DNA from: Dehalococcoidia bacterium
GTDB taxonomy: Bacteria; Chloroflexota; Dehalococcoidia; UBA2979
Length of the DNA: 64,000 nucleotides
Direction of reading: 5' to 3'
Assembly (NCBI GenBank): GCA_964291495.2
Contig: OZ219871.1
Span: forward strand, 288,001 to 352,000
Each line of letters opens with the position of its first letter. Within the stretch, counting starts at the first letter, position 1. A program made the position numbers and the translations under genes. The notes under the pieces are model-generated. The model was not told the origin of the DNA and did not search any database. It saw nothing but the letters and a program-made list of their open reading frames with translations. This document shows positions 17,149-26,525 of this stretch, in pieces.

Positions 17149-17853
17149 ATGGCTGACCGACACGCCAAGACCAGAAAGGCATACGAGCTGCTCCGCGAGC
17201 GGAACGGCGAGACCGTGACGATCGGTCAGTTGATGGCCCGAACCGGATGGGCAAGAGACACCGCCAGAACTTACGTCACGAAGCACTGGCGTCCTTGGCT
17301 GCGGCGAGTCGCAGCTGGAACCTATCGCGTGGATGGCTTCGCGTTGATCTCCGAGGATGAGTTCATCCGGCGCCAGTCGCAGGTGAAGTCAGACAACTAC
17401 GGTGAAGCAGCGCTGCTGCGGGACCTTCTCGACGAGGCACTGCGCGCTGGTGAGGGGCAGCGCTACGAGTTCAAGGAAGAGATGCCGGAGCAAGGCCACA
17501 GCCTCGGGAGAGAGATTGCAGCGCTTGCCACAAGTGGCGGCGGGACCATCTTTCTAGGTGTGAGCGACGCGCCCGCAGTGATCGGGTTGGTCGGCTTGGG
17601 TGACGCGAAGTCACGAACTGACTTCAGGGAGCGTGTTGAGGGGATCGCTAGGACCGTGCAACCGGCGGTCTCACCACTCATAGACTATGTCGACTATGGC
17701 GGCGCGACTCTGTGCCTTGCCCGAGTGCCCGACGGGGCCGAGCCCGTGTACTACTACGACCATCGCCCCTACATCCGAATTGGCAGCCAATCGAGGCCGG
17801 CTACGCCTGCCGAGGTCAAGGACTTGATCCGTAACCACGCCGACGCGCTGTAG
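17149..17853 (+). CDS. AlbA_2 (Schlafen-like) domain protein with N-terminal HTH-like region
   Basis: GEGQRYEFKE, EIAALATSGGGTIFLGVSD, YIRIGSQSRPA. Codon usage is less GC-biased than in the trp genes. Confidence 0.8.
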   Translation: MADRHAKTRKAYELLRERNGETVTIGQLMARTGWARDTARTYVTKHWRPWLRRVAAGTYRVDGFALISEDEFIRRQSQVKSDNYGEAALLRDLLDEALRAGEGQRYEFKEEMPEQGHSLGREIAALATSGGGTIFLGVSDAPAVIGLVGLGDAKSRTDFRERVEGIARTVQPAVSPLIDYVDYGGATLCLARVPDGAEPVYYYDHRPYIRIGSQSRPATPAEVKDLIRNHADAL

Positions 17854-17901
17854 CCCTCGCGGCGCAGTGCGGCAGCGAGGGACGGCTGTTACGCTCGAAG
17901 C

Positions 17902-18627
17902 GTGATTGCCGATCCCGCAGCGCCGGTGACCGGAACCCTTCCACCGCTCTGGCGCGTGCGCGACATGGTCTCCGCCCTCGCCGTTGTCGTCCTGGCGTTC
18001 GCTGCCCTCGGCGTGCTCTTCGCCGTGACCGCGGACGGGGGCGCGAGTGTCGAGGGCGTCACCCCCGCCGGCGCGGGCGCCATCCTCGGCTTCAACCTGC
18101 TGCTCGTCGCCACGGTGCTGGCGCTCGCGTCGCGGCGAGGCATCACGACGGCGGACCTCGGGTTCGTGCGGCCCCGCGTCTGGGGTCCGCTGGCGATCGC
18201 CTGGGCCGGCGCCTACGTGATCCTGATCTGCTACGTGGCGGTGATCGCGCTGCTCGAGGCGTTCGGGCTTTCCGTCGACGCATTCAAGGGAACCAACACG
18301 ATCGACTTCGACCACAGCCGCGTCGTGCTCGTCGTGGCGCTCGGCCTCGCGACCATCGTCGGCGCGCCGTTCGGCGAGGAGCTGCTGTTCCGCGGGCTGC
18401 TGCACCGTGGGCTGCGCGGCTACTGGCGGAGGTTTCCGGCGATGTCTCTCAGCGGGGCGCTCTTCAGCGTCTTTCACCTGAACCTCGCCGTGCTCGTACC
18501 GTTCGCCTTCATCGGGGCGCTGTGGGCGTGGGCCTACGAGGAGTCCGGCTCGATCTGGACGACTATCGCGGCGCATGCCGGCGTCAACAGCGTCGCGTTC
18601 ATCGCTACACTGCTGTTCCTGGAGTGA
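17902..18627 (+). CDS. CPBP (CAAX/Abi) family intramembrane metalloprotease
   Basis: APFGEELLFRG, FSVFH, AHAGVN, multiple TM segments. Confidence 0.9.
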   Translation: MIADPAAPVTGTLPPLWRVRDMVSALAVVVLAFAALGVLFAVTADGGASVEGVTPAGAGAILGFNLLLVATVLALASRRGITTADLGFVRPRVWGPLAIAWAGAYVILICYVAVIALLEAFGLSVDAFKGTNTIDFDHSRVVLVVALGLATIVGAPFGEELLFRGLLHRGLRGYWRRFPAMSLSGALFSVFHLNLAVLVPFAFIGALWAWAYEESGSIWTTIAAHAGVNSVAFIATLLFLE

Positions 18628-18635
18628 ACCAACCG

Positions 18636-19451
18636 ATGAGTGATCGCATCGCGAAGCTGTTCGAGCGGACGCGGGCCGAGGGCCGCCCGGCGCTGATCGC
18701 CTTCGTCCCCGGCTGCTGGCCGGAGCCGGACGCCACGCCCGGCATCGTGCGCGCGCTGCTCGAGGGCGGCGCGGACGCCGTCGAGCTGGGCGTGCCCTTC
18801 AGCGACCCGCTCGCCGACGGCGTCACCAACCAGGCTGCCTACCAACAGGCGCTCGACGCCGGCGTGACGCCGCACGACGTGCTCGCCAGCGTCCGGGCCC
18901 TGCGCGATGACGGCGTCTCCGCCCCGCTGCTGCTGATGGGATACTTCAACCCGATGCTGGCCTCGGGAACGGAGTCGTTCACGCGAGCGGCCGCCGAGGC
19001 CGGGGTCGACGGGCTGATCGTCGTTGACCTGCCCGTCGAGGAGGCTGCGGAACTGGCGGAGCCGGCGAAGGCGCACGGCGTGCACCTCGTCTACCTGCTG
19101 GCGCCGACCTCGACCGCGGAGCGCATCGCAGCGGTCGGCGAGCACGGCAGCGGCTTCGTCTACTGCGTGAGCGTCACCGGCGTGACCGGGGCGCGCGCGC
19201 AGGTTTCCGAGGAGCTCCCGGCGTTCATCGCACGGGTGCGCGAGGACGCCGCGCTCCCGCTTGCGGTTGGCTTCGGCATCTCGGCGCGCGAGCATGTCGA
19301 GGAGGTCGCCCGCGTCGCCGACGCCGCGATCGTGGGGAGTGCGGTGGTGCAGACGATCAGCGAGGCGCCCCCCGAGCGGCGGCATGAGGCGGTGCGCGGC
19401 CTGATGGAGCGCCTGAGCGGACGAGCGACGGCAAAGGCGGCGGCGTCATGA
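18636..19451 (+). CDS. trpA: Tryptophan synthase alpha chain
   Basis: ELGVPFSDPLADG, LMGYFNP, YCVSVTGVTG, AVGFGIS, IVGSA. Alternative start GTG 18624. Confidence 0.96.
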   Translation: MSDRIAKLFERTRAEGRPALIAFVPGCWPEPDATPGIVRALLEGGADAVELGVPFSDPLADGVTNQAAYQQALDAGVTPHDVLASVRALRDDGVSAPLLLMGYFNPMLASGTESFTRAAAEAGVDGLIVVDLPVEEAAELAEPAKAHGVHLVYLLAPTSTAERIAAVGEHGSGFVYCVSVTGVTGARAQVSEELPAFIARVREDAALPLAVGFGISAREHVEEVARVADAAIVGSAVVQTISEAPPERRHEAVRGLMERLSGRATAKAAAS

Positions 19452-19837
19452 TGGTTCGCGGCATCCGGGGCGCCACGTCGGTTCGCGCGAACACCCGCGA
19501 GGCGATCATCGAGGCGGCCACGGAGCTGCTCCGGGCCGTCACCGACGCCAACGACGTGGAGCGCTCGCACATCGCCTCGGTGTTCTTCACCACGACGCCG
19601 GACCTCAACGCCGAGTTCCCCGCAGTCGCCGCGCGCGAGGCGGGGTGGACCGACGTGCCGCTGCTGTGCGGCCACGAGATGGCGGTGCCGGGAGGCCTGC
19701 CGCGCTGCCTGCGGCTACTGATGCACGTCAACACGGACCGCCCGCCCGAGGAGATCCAGCACGTCTACCTGCATGAAGCCGCGACGCTGCGCCCCGACAT
19801 CTCCTCGCAGGGCGGTGGGGGGTACGGCGGCCCGTGA
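19448..19837 (+). CDS. aroH: Chorismate mutase, AroH class
   Basis: RGIRGAT, FTTTPDLNAEFPAVAAR, HVYL..A..LRPD. Confidence 0.94.
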   Translation: MMVRGIRGATSVRANTREAIIEAATELLRAVTDANDVERSHIASVFFTTTPDLNAEFPAVAAREAGWTDVPLLCGHEMAVPGGLPRCLRLLMHVNTDRPPEEIQHVYLHEAATLRPDISSQGGGGYGGP

Positions 19838-20874
19838 TCGTCGTCATGCGCATCGACAGCAGCGAGGAGCACGGCGACGCCGTGATCCAGCGCATCGAGT
19901 CCTTCGGGCTGCGCGGCGAGGTCATCCACGGCGAGCAGCGCAAGGTCATCGCCGTCCTCGGGCAGGTCTTCCCGGACCTGCGCGACGAACTGGCGACGAT
20001 GGTGGGCGTGGACCAGGTGCTGCGCGTCTCGCGCCCCTACAAGCTCGCCAGCCGCGAGGTGCGCGAGCGCGACACCGTTGTCGATCTCCCTTACGGCGTG
20101 AGCATCGGGACCGGGCGGCCGGTGGTCATGGCCGGACCGTGCGCGATCGAGTCGGAGGAGCAGTTGCGGGAAACCGCGGCGCAGGTCAAGCAGGCCGGGG
20201 CGCACATCCTTCGCGGAGGCGCCTTCAAGCCGCGCACCTCGCCCTACTCCTTCCACGGGCTCGGCCTCGAGGCGCTCGAGATGCTGCAGCGCGCGGGCCG
20301 GGAGTACCAGATGCCGGTGATCACCGAGCTGCTCTCCGAGCGCGACGTGGACGTCGTCGCAGAGCACTCGGACGTGCTCCAGATCGGTACCCGCAACATG
20401 CAGAACTTCGTGCTGCTCTCCGAGGCCGGCAAGACGGGCAAGCCCGTGATGCTGAAGCGCGGGCTCTCCGCCACGATCGAGGAGTGGCTGCTCTCCGCCG
20501 AGTACATCCTGACGCAGGGCAACGGCGACGTGATCCTCTGCGAGCGCGGCGTCCGTACCTTCGAGACCGCCACGCGCAACACGCTCGACCTCAACGCCGT
20601 CGCGCTCGTCAAGCGGCTCAGCCACCTGCCGGTCGTCGTCGACCCCTCGCACGGGACGGGGCACTGGTACCTCGTGCGGCCGATGGCGACCGCCGGGCTC
20701 GCAGTCGGCGCGGACGGGCTGATGATCGAGGTCCACCCGGACCCGGACCGGGCGCTCTCCGACGGCGCGCAGTCGCTCACCCCGGAGCACTTCGACGAGC
20801 TGATGCAGGAGGCCTCGGCGCTCGGGCGCGCCATCGGCCGCCCGCTCGCCGAGCGCCCGCGTGTCGCGGTCTGA
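19834..20874 (+). CDS. aroF: 3-deoxy-7-phosphoheptulonate (DAHP) synthase, type I-beta
   Basis: AGPCAIE, RGGAFKPRTSPYSF, IGTRNMQNF, VDPSHG, EVHPDP..ALSDG. Confidence 0.95.
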   Translation: MIVVMRIDSSEEHGDAVIQRIESFGLRGEVIHGEQRKVIAVLGQVFPDLRDELATMVGVDQVLRVSRPYKLASREVRERDTVVDLPYGVSIGTGRPVVMAGPCAIESEEQLRETAAQVKQAGAHILRGGAFKPRTSPYSFHGLGLEALEMLQRAGREYQMPVITELLSERDVDVVAEHSDVLQIGTRNMQNFVLLSEAGKTGKPVMLKRGLSATIEEWLLSAEYILTQGNGDVILCERGVRTFETATRNTLDLNAVALVKRLSHLPVVVDPSHGTGHWYLVRPMATAGLAVGADGLMIEVHPDPDRALSDGAQSLTPEHFDELMQEASALGRAIGRPLAERPRVAV

Positions 20875-20888
20875 GGGCGGCGCACTCG

Positions 20889-21746
20889 ATGACCGCCCAG
20901 CACTCCGCCGAGCACCCAGCCCCGGACGAGGCCCCGACAACGGCAGCCGGCGACGCCGCCGCCCCCTCCGACGCCGAGGCGCAGCAGGGGGATCTCTTCG
21001 CCCTCGATCTGCCGAAGTTCCAGGGGCCGCTCGAGCTGCTGCTGCACCTGATCGAGCGTCGCGAGCTGGACATCACCGAGGTCTCGCTCGTCGCCGTCAC
21101 GGAGCAGTACCTGGCGCACGTGCGCGAGGGCGAGCGCATCGACCTCGGCGCGCTCGCCTCGTTCATCGCGATGGGCGCACGGCTGCTGCTGCTCAAGTCC
21201 CGCGCGCTGCTCCCGCGCGATCCCGAGGACGAAGACGAGGCCGAGGACAGCGACCCGCAGGCGCTGCTCGACGCGCTGGCCGAGTACCGCCGCTACCGCG
21301 AGGCCGCCGAGCACCTGCGCGACCTCGAGACCGAGCACCGCACCGGCTACCGCCGCGAGGCCGCCCCGCCCGAGTTGCCGCTCCCGAGCGGCCTCGACGG
21401 CGTCACCACGGACCAGCTCTACGCGCTGTTCCGCGAGGTGCTGGAGCGGCTCCCCGAGGAGGAGCCGCCAACCGAGGTGGAGCGCGAGGCCGTGCTGCTG
21501 CGCGATCGCGTCTCGTTGCTGACGGAGCGCCTGGAGCGCGAGCGCACGATCCCGTTCCGCGAGCTGATCGGCGCGGCCACCTCGCGGGTCATGGTGATCG
21601 TCGACTTCCTCGCGGTGCTGGAGCTGATCCGCCGCCGCTACCTGGAGGCGCGCCAGGACGAGGCGTTCGGCGAGATCACCCTCGCCCGCATCCAGGGCGC
21701 CACGCCGCCACCACTGGTCTCCACAACGGACTTCACCGAGGGCTAG
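20889..21746 (+). CDS. scpA: Segregation and condensation protein A
   Basis: FQGPLELLLHLI, LDITEV, LLLKSRALLP, FLAVLEL, QDEAFGEI. Confidence 0.92.
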   Translation: MTAQHSAEHPAPDEAPTTAAGDAAAPSDAEAQQGDLFALDLPKFQGPLELLLHLIERRELDITEVSLVAVTEQYLAHVREGERIDLGALASFIAMGARLLLLKSRALLPRDPEDEDEAEDSDPQALLDALAEYRRYREAAEHLRDLETEHRTGYRREAAPPELPLPSGLDGVTTDQLYALFREVLERLPEEEPPTEVEREAVLLRDRVSLLTERLERERTIPFRELIGAATSRVMVIVDFLAVLELIRRRYLEARQDEAFGEITLARIQGATPPPLVSTTDFTEG

Positions 21747-21912
21747 CCGAGGCCGCGGACACACGCCCGTTTGAAGCGGCGGCCGTCTGGGCTTATGTCG
21801 CTAACCAGGCAGGGGGCACATCCTTCGGCGTGACCCTTGGGCCATACTGAAGAAGAGCTACCAGGGCACGTACCACCTGCATAGAGAGTGCCCCAGAGAG
21901 GTCGCTGGCGAG

Positions 21913-22665
21913 ATGAACACCTGTATTCTCGGTGCGACCGGCAGCATCGCTTTTGAGTTGACCGTTCACCTGTTGCAGACCGGTTCCGGCGTGCTCGCGG
22001 TTGTGCGCGACGCCGACAAGCTGCGGCGGATGCTCGGGGAGCGCGGATTCGCCCCTGACCCTGATGCGCTGTCCGTTGTCGAGCAGGACCTGTTCGCAGG
22101 GCCGGGCGTCACCGCCACGCCCCTGTCTCAAGAGATGCTGGACTGCGAGTACATCTTCAACATGGCCTCCAAGCCTGTCTCGTTGGCGCCCTGGTCACGG
22201 GTCAACCGTGAATGGGGCAGCGCCGTCTCATCGCTGACACGGGAGCTCGTGGAGACTGCCTCGGTGGCGGGGGTGAAGCCACACATCGTGGCCTTCTGCG
22301 GGACAGAGCAGTTCGCGGGATACGACAGCAACATCAGCCTCCTACAGAAGGTCCTGCCGAAGGTGCTGAACAGGATGAGCGCAGCCCTGCGCGACAATCA
22401 CGATGAGGCGATGTTCCTCCTCACCTCGGGATACGGACGCTGGAGCGTGCTCCGCTGTGGCAGCATCCGGCCACATACCGGCCAACCCGGAGACGCCAGC
22501 CGGATCGGGATGGACCTGCACGAAGACGGCAGCGACTACCGGAGTGGCAGGGGCAAATCACTGGTCGTCGAGGACCTTGCGGCCTACCTCGCCCGCGCAA
22601 TCCAGAACGGAACACTCTCGGGATTCGAGACAGAAATGCCTTTCCTCTTCAACACCCGCTTCTAG
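21913..22665 (+). CDS. NAD(P)-binding Rossmann-fold protein
   Basis: ILGATGSIA, AVVRDADKL, WSVLR. Confidence 0.7.
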   Translation: MNTCILGATGSIAFELTVHLLQTGSGVLAVVRDADKLRRMLGERGFAPDPDALSVVEQDLFAGPGVTATPLSQEMLDCEYIFNMASKPVSLAPWSRVNREWGSAVSSLTRELVETASVAGVKPHIVAFCGTEQFAGYDSNISLLQKVLPKVLNRMSAALRDNHDEAMFLLTSGYGRWSVLRCGSIRPHTGQPGDASRIGMDLHEDGSDYRSGRGKSLVVEDLAAYLARAIQNGTLSGFETEMPFLFNTRF

Positions 22666-22778
22666 GGGACGTCAAGTTAGGGTTACAATCCGCGGCCGTT
22701 TGAGCAGCGATCATGCCGGTGCTACGATCGATGCTCACGGCCGCGCCGACGGCGGCCATGAGGGGGCCAGTCCGCCAC

Positions 22779-23699
22779 GTGCTGCTGATTCGCGAGGAAC
22801 TGCGCCGCGCGTCCACGCCGGGCGCCCACGCCCTGACACTCGGCGTCTTCGACGGCGTGCATCGCGGCCACCGGATGCTCTTCGAGCGTCTGCGCGCCGA
22901 GGCCGCGGCCCGCCAGCTCGGCGCCGGCATCGTCACCTTCCACCCCCACCCGATCACCGTGCTCCGCCCCGACATAGAGATCTCCTACCTCACCTCCCTC
23001 GAAACCCGCGTCGAACAGCTCCGCACCACGGGCGTCGACTTCGTCGCCGTCGTGCAGTTCACCTCGGAGCTCGCGCAGGTCTCGGCGGAGGACTTCGCGC
23101 GCATCCTCATCGAGGAGACCGGCCTGAAGCTGATCGTCACCGGGCGCGACTTCGCGCTCGGCCGCAACCGCGAGGGCACGCCCGAGCGCCTCGCAGAGCT
23201 GGGCCTCGACCTCGGCTTCGAGGTGCACCCGATCGACCTGCTGCCGGAGGACGGCGCCCCGGTCTCTTCGACGCGCGTACGCGAGGCGCTGGCCGGCGGC
23301 GCGATGGCCGAGGCGGCGGAGCTGCTCGGCCGCCCGTTCGCGCTGCGCGGCCCGATCGTCCGCGGCGACGAGCGCGGCCGCACGATCGGCTTCCCGACCA
23401 TCAACCTCGGACTCAGCCCGGACCTCGCGCTCCCCGCCGACGGCGTCTACGTCTCGCGCACCGAGGTCGGCGGGCGCCGCCTCGAGAGCTGCACGAATAT
23501 CGGGATGCGGCCGACGTTCGCGGGCGTGCGGCGCTCGGTGGAGACACACCTGCTGGACTTCGAGGGCGACCTCTACGACCGGATCGCCTCGGTGGAGTTG
23601 CTGCACCGGCTGCGCCCGGAGCAGAAGTTCGACGGCCCGGAGGCGCTGATCGCCCAGATCCGCCGGGATGTCGAGGAGACGCGAGCCTGGTTCGCATGA
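22779..23699 (+). CDS. ribF: Bifunctional riboflavin kinase / FAD synthetase
   Basis: GVFDGVHRGH, TFHPHP, SSTRVR, GRTIGFPTIN, NIGMRPTF, ETHLLDF. Start uncertain (22713, 22758 or 22779). Confidence 0.95.
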   Translation: MLLIREELRRASTPGAHALTLGVFDGVHRGHRMLFERLRAEAAARQLGAGIVTFHPHPITVLRPDIEISYLTSLETRVEQLRTTGVDFVAVVQFTSELAQVSAEDFARILIEETGLKLIVTGRDFALGRNREGTPERLAELGLDLGFEVHPIDLLPEDGAPVSSTRVREALAGGAMAEAAELLGRPFALRGPIVRGDERGRTIGFPTINLGLSPDLALPADGVYVSRTEVGGRRLESCTNIGMRPTFAGVRRSVETHLLDFEGDLYDRIASVELLHRLRPEQKFDGPEALIAQIRRDVEETRAWFA

Positions 23700-24916
23700 G
23701 CGCCTCGATCGAGCAGCAGGCGGCCGCGATCATGCGCGGCGCGGAGTTCGGCGACGAAGCCACGCGCCAGACGATGGAGCGTGAGTTGCGCGAGCGCCTC
23801 GCCGAGGGCCGCCCGCTGCGCGTCTACTGCGGCTACGACCCGACCGCCGTCGACCTGCACCTCGGCCACACGCTGACGATGCGCAAGCTGCGCACCTTCC
23901 AGGACTTCGGCCACGAGGTCACGTTCCTGATTGGCAACTTCACCGGCCTCGTCGGCGACCCCTCGGACACCGACAAGACGCGCCCGATGCTCTCGCCGGA
24001 GAAGCTCGAGGAGAACAGCCAGACCTACGTGGACCAGGCGTTCCGCATCCTCGACCGGGAGCGCACCATCGTGCGGCGCAACGCGGACTGGCTCGGAGAG
24101 CTCAGCTTCGGCGACGTGCTGCGCCTCGCCTCGCACTTCACGGTGGCGCAGTTCCTGGAGCGCGACAACCTCGCCCGCCGCTTCGAGCGCCACGACCCAA
24201 TCCACGTGAGCGAGTTCCTCTACGCGCTGATGCAGGCCTACGACGCCGTCGCGATGGAGACCGACGTGCAGGTCGGTGGCAGCGACCAACTCTTCAACCT
24301 CATGGCCGGCCGCGTGCTGCAACGCGAGTACGGCCAGCAGCCGCAGATCGCGATCACGCTGCCGATCCTCACCGGCACCGACGGCCACGAGAAGATGTCG
24401 AAGTCGCTCGGCAACCACATCGGCATCGACGAGCCTCCCAACGATCTGTTCGGCAAGGTGATGTCGATCCCGGACTCCTCGCTGCGGAACTACTTCACGC
24501 TGCTCACGAACCTCTCCGACGTGGAGATCGAGGCGCTGCTCGCCGGCGCCCCGATGGAGGCCAAGAAGCGCCTCGCCTCCGAGATCACCGCCAGCCTGCA
24601 CGACCCCGCCGCCGCCGAGGCGGCCCGCGACTACTTCGAGTCGACGTTCCAGCGTCGCCAGACGCCCGAGGCGATGCCGGAGTACGCGCTCGGCGCCGAC
24701 GGCGACGGAGGCTCCTCGGGACGCCTCGACCATGTGCTGGTGGACGCTGACCTGGCGCAGAGCGGCGCCGAGGTGCGGCGGCTCGTCCAGCAGGGCGCCG
24801 TGCGCGTCAACGGCGAGCCGGTCGATGCATTCGACCGAGCGGTGCACCCGGGAGACGAGCTGCGCGTGGGACGCCGCCGCTTCCTGCGGCTTGTCGCGGA
24901 GGCGCCCGATGCTTGA
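23696..24916 (+). CDS. tyrS: Tyrosine--tRNA ligase
   Basis: GYDPTAVDLHLGH, GDPS, GGSDQLFN, KMSKSLGN, C-terminal S4 domain. Confidence 0.96.
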   Translation: MSASIEQQAAAIMRGAEFGDEATRQTMERELRERLAEGRPLRVYCGYDPTAVDLHLGHTLTMRKLRTFQDFGHEVTFLIGNFTGLVGDPSDTDKTRPMLSPEKLEENSQTYVDQAFRILDRERTIVRRNADWLGELSFGDVLRLASHFTVAQFLERDNLARRFERHDPIHVSEFLYALMQAYDAVAMETDVQVGGSDQLFNLMAGRVLQREYGQQPQIAITLPILTGTDGHEKMSKSLGNHIGIDEPPNDLFGKVMSIPDSSLRNYFTLLTNLSDVEIEALLAGAPMEAKKRLASEITASLHDPAAAEAARDYFESTFQRRQTPEAMPEYALGADGDGGSSGRLDHVLVDADLAQSGAEVRRLVQQGAVRVNGEPVDAFDRAVHPGDELRVGRRRFLRLVAEAPDA

Positions 24917-25367
24917 CGGAGGCTACGAGCTCGACATCGAGGGCATCTGCGAAAGCGTGGACGAGGTGGAGGTCATCTCGCTCTACTTCCCGATGCTGCG
25001 CCGGACCCTGCTGATGGACACCCGCTCGGGCGACCTCGTGCGCCCCTACATCGGCATCGTCCCGATGGTCCGCACCCCCGCCGAGCGCTTCGAATCGCTG
25101 AAACGACTGCGTCCGCGGCTCCCGCGGCCGGACTCGATCACGATCGTCCCCTGGACGCGGCGCGTCGGCGCGCTGGAGGAGGCGGGCGTGTGGGAGCGCG
25201 TCCTCGCGCGCCTCGAGGACGAAGGCGGCGAGGCCGAGCTGACGCGCGCGTGCGACTGCCTCGCGGAGCTCTACGCCCTGGAGCAGCAGGAACTCGGCAA
25301 CGCCATCCGCGGCCGTCAGTACGAGACGATCTGGCGCAACCCGGAGCCGGGCTCCGCGCCGGCCTGA
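24909..25367 (+). CDS. Hypothetical protein
   Basis: Start ATG 24909 overlaps the end of tyrS. Typical codon usage; MLDGGYELDIEG...YETIW. Confidence 0.7.
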   Translation: MLDGGYELDIEGICESVDEVEVISLYFPMLRRTLLMDTRSGDLVRPYIGIVPMVRTPAERFESLKRLRPRLPRPDSITIVPWTRRVGALEEAGVWERVLARLEDEGGEAELTRACDCLAELYALEQQELGNAIRGRQYETIWRNPEPGSAPA

Positions 25368-25413
25368 GGGCGGCCCTGCTGCACAGCCGTCGGAGCCCGC
25401 GCCCCCACCTAGC

Positions 25414-25464
25414 GTAATACGATTTGACTGCCAGTCTCCAGATCCGCATAATCTTCCGTATTAC
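25414..25464 (+). promoter_or_regulatory. Sigma70 promoter flanked by an 8-bp inverted repeat
   Basis: TTGACT (25424-25429), 17-nt spacer, CATAAT (25447-25452). GTAATACG (25414-25421) and CGTATTAC (25457-25464) flank it. Confidence 0.55.
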
Positions 25465-25466
25465 CG

Positions 25467-26324
25467 GTGATCGATGCGGTCAGGAGAATGCCCATGGTAG
25501 AAACGATGACTAGTTCCGGCGAGCCCAGTGCGGTCGCTGGTCGCCGGGAGCGCTCGACTATCGCCTTCCCCTACGGCGACCTTGAGTCCGGAATCGCGAT
25601 CGCCCGGGCGCTCCTCGATCACGGCGGGGGGCAGGGTGACCTGAACTCCCTCGCTGCGTGGGCTGAGCACAGTTCGGCGCAGAGCGGTACGTTCCGGAAC
25701 AAGGTCTACGCTGCTCGCGACTTCGGGCTCCTTGAGATCGAGAAGAACGAGATTCGGCTCTCGCAGCTAGGCCGGGACATTCTCGACTCTGGCAAGGAAG
25801 CCAGCGCTCGTTCCGAGGCCTTTCTTGCGGTCCCGCTGTACCGGGCGATCTACGAGGGGTACGAAGGCAATCTGCTCCCGAAGGATGCTGGTCTCGAAAA
25901 CAAGATGCACGCGCTCGGCGTCGCGCGGAAGCAGGTTGCTAGGGCTCGGCAGGCGTTCGCGCGTTCCGCTGATCAAGCCGGGTTCCTTGCATTCGGGCGG
26001 GACCGACTCGTTAAGCCGACGGCATCGCAGGGCACGGATCCCGGGGCGGGCGAAGACACGGGTGGGGCCGAGTCGAGTACCAGTTCCGAGTCGGGAACAC
26101 CGGCGGGCAGGAACGTAAAGACGATCGACCTCCGGAGCGGCGGCGAAGTGACGCTCAGCCTGAGTGTCGACCTCGTGTCTCTGTCGAAGCAAGACAGGGA
26201 GTTCGTGTTCAAGCTGATCGACTCGCTGAACGACTACACAGCAGGCGCTTCCACTGAGTCGGTGCCTGAAGTCAGCGATGCCGCGCTCGGAGCGCCGACA
26301 ACAGCGGAACAGGACGCTGTTTAG
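25467..26324 (+). CDS. Hypothetical protein, possible winged-helix DNA-binding
   Basis: Long ORF with atypical codon usage: STIAFPY, SGTFRNKVYAARDFGLL, AFLAVPLY. Start uncertain (25467-25506). Confidence 0.7.
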   Translation: MIDAVRRMPMVETMTSSGEPSAVAGRRERSTIAFPYGDLESGIAIARALLDHGGGQGDLNSLAAWAEHSSAQSGTFRNKVYAARDFGLLEIEKNEIRLSQLGRDILDSGKEASARSEAFLAVPLYRAIYEGYEGNLLPKDAGLENKMHALGVARKQVARARQAFARSADQAGFLAFGRDRLVKPTASQGTDPGAGEDTGGAESSTSSESGTPAGRNVKTIDLRSGGEVTLSLSVDLVSLSKQDREFVFKLIDSLNDYTAGASTESVPEVSDAALGAPTTAEQDAV

Positions 26325-26525
26325 GAGACCGTGGGGCGGGGAGGGCCTGTTTAGGCTGGTCGGCCACCCTCCCCGCCCGGAAAGGAAGGACGGGATGCTC
26401 TCGCACCCTTGGTCGGTGGTACTCCGGGTCTGGACCCCGGAGTACCATGCGGCCCTTACCTTGTTGTCTAGGCTAACACGAACCTGAGTCGGCCCCGGCG
26501 GCACCCGCCCGAACAGCGCGACAGC

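Noticed and set aside
26462-26483. DtxR/IdeR-like box (GTTAGCCTA on the minus strand)
   Set aside because: Only the core matches, and it lies between convergent gene ends rather than at a promoter.
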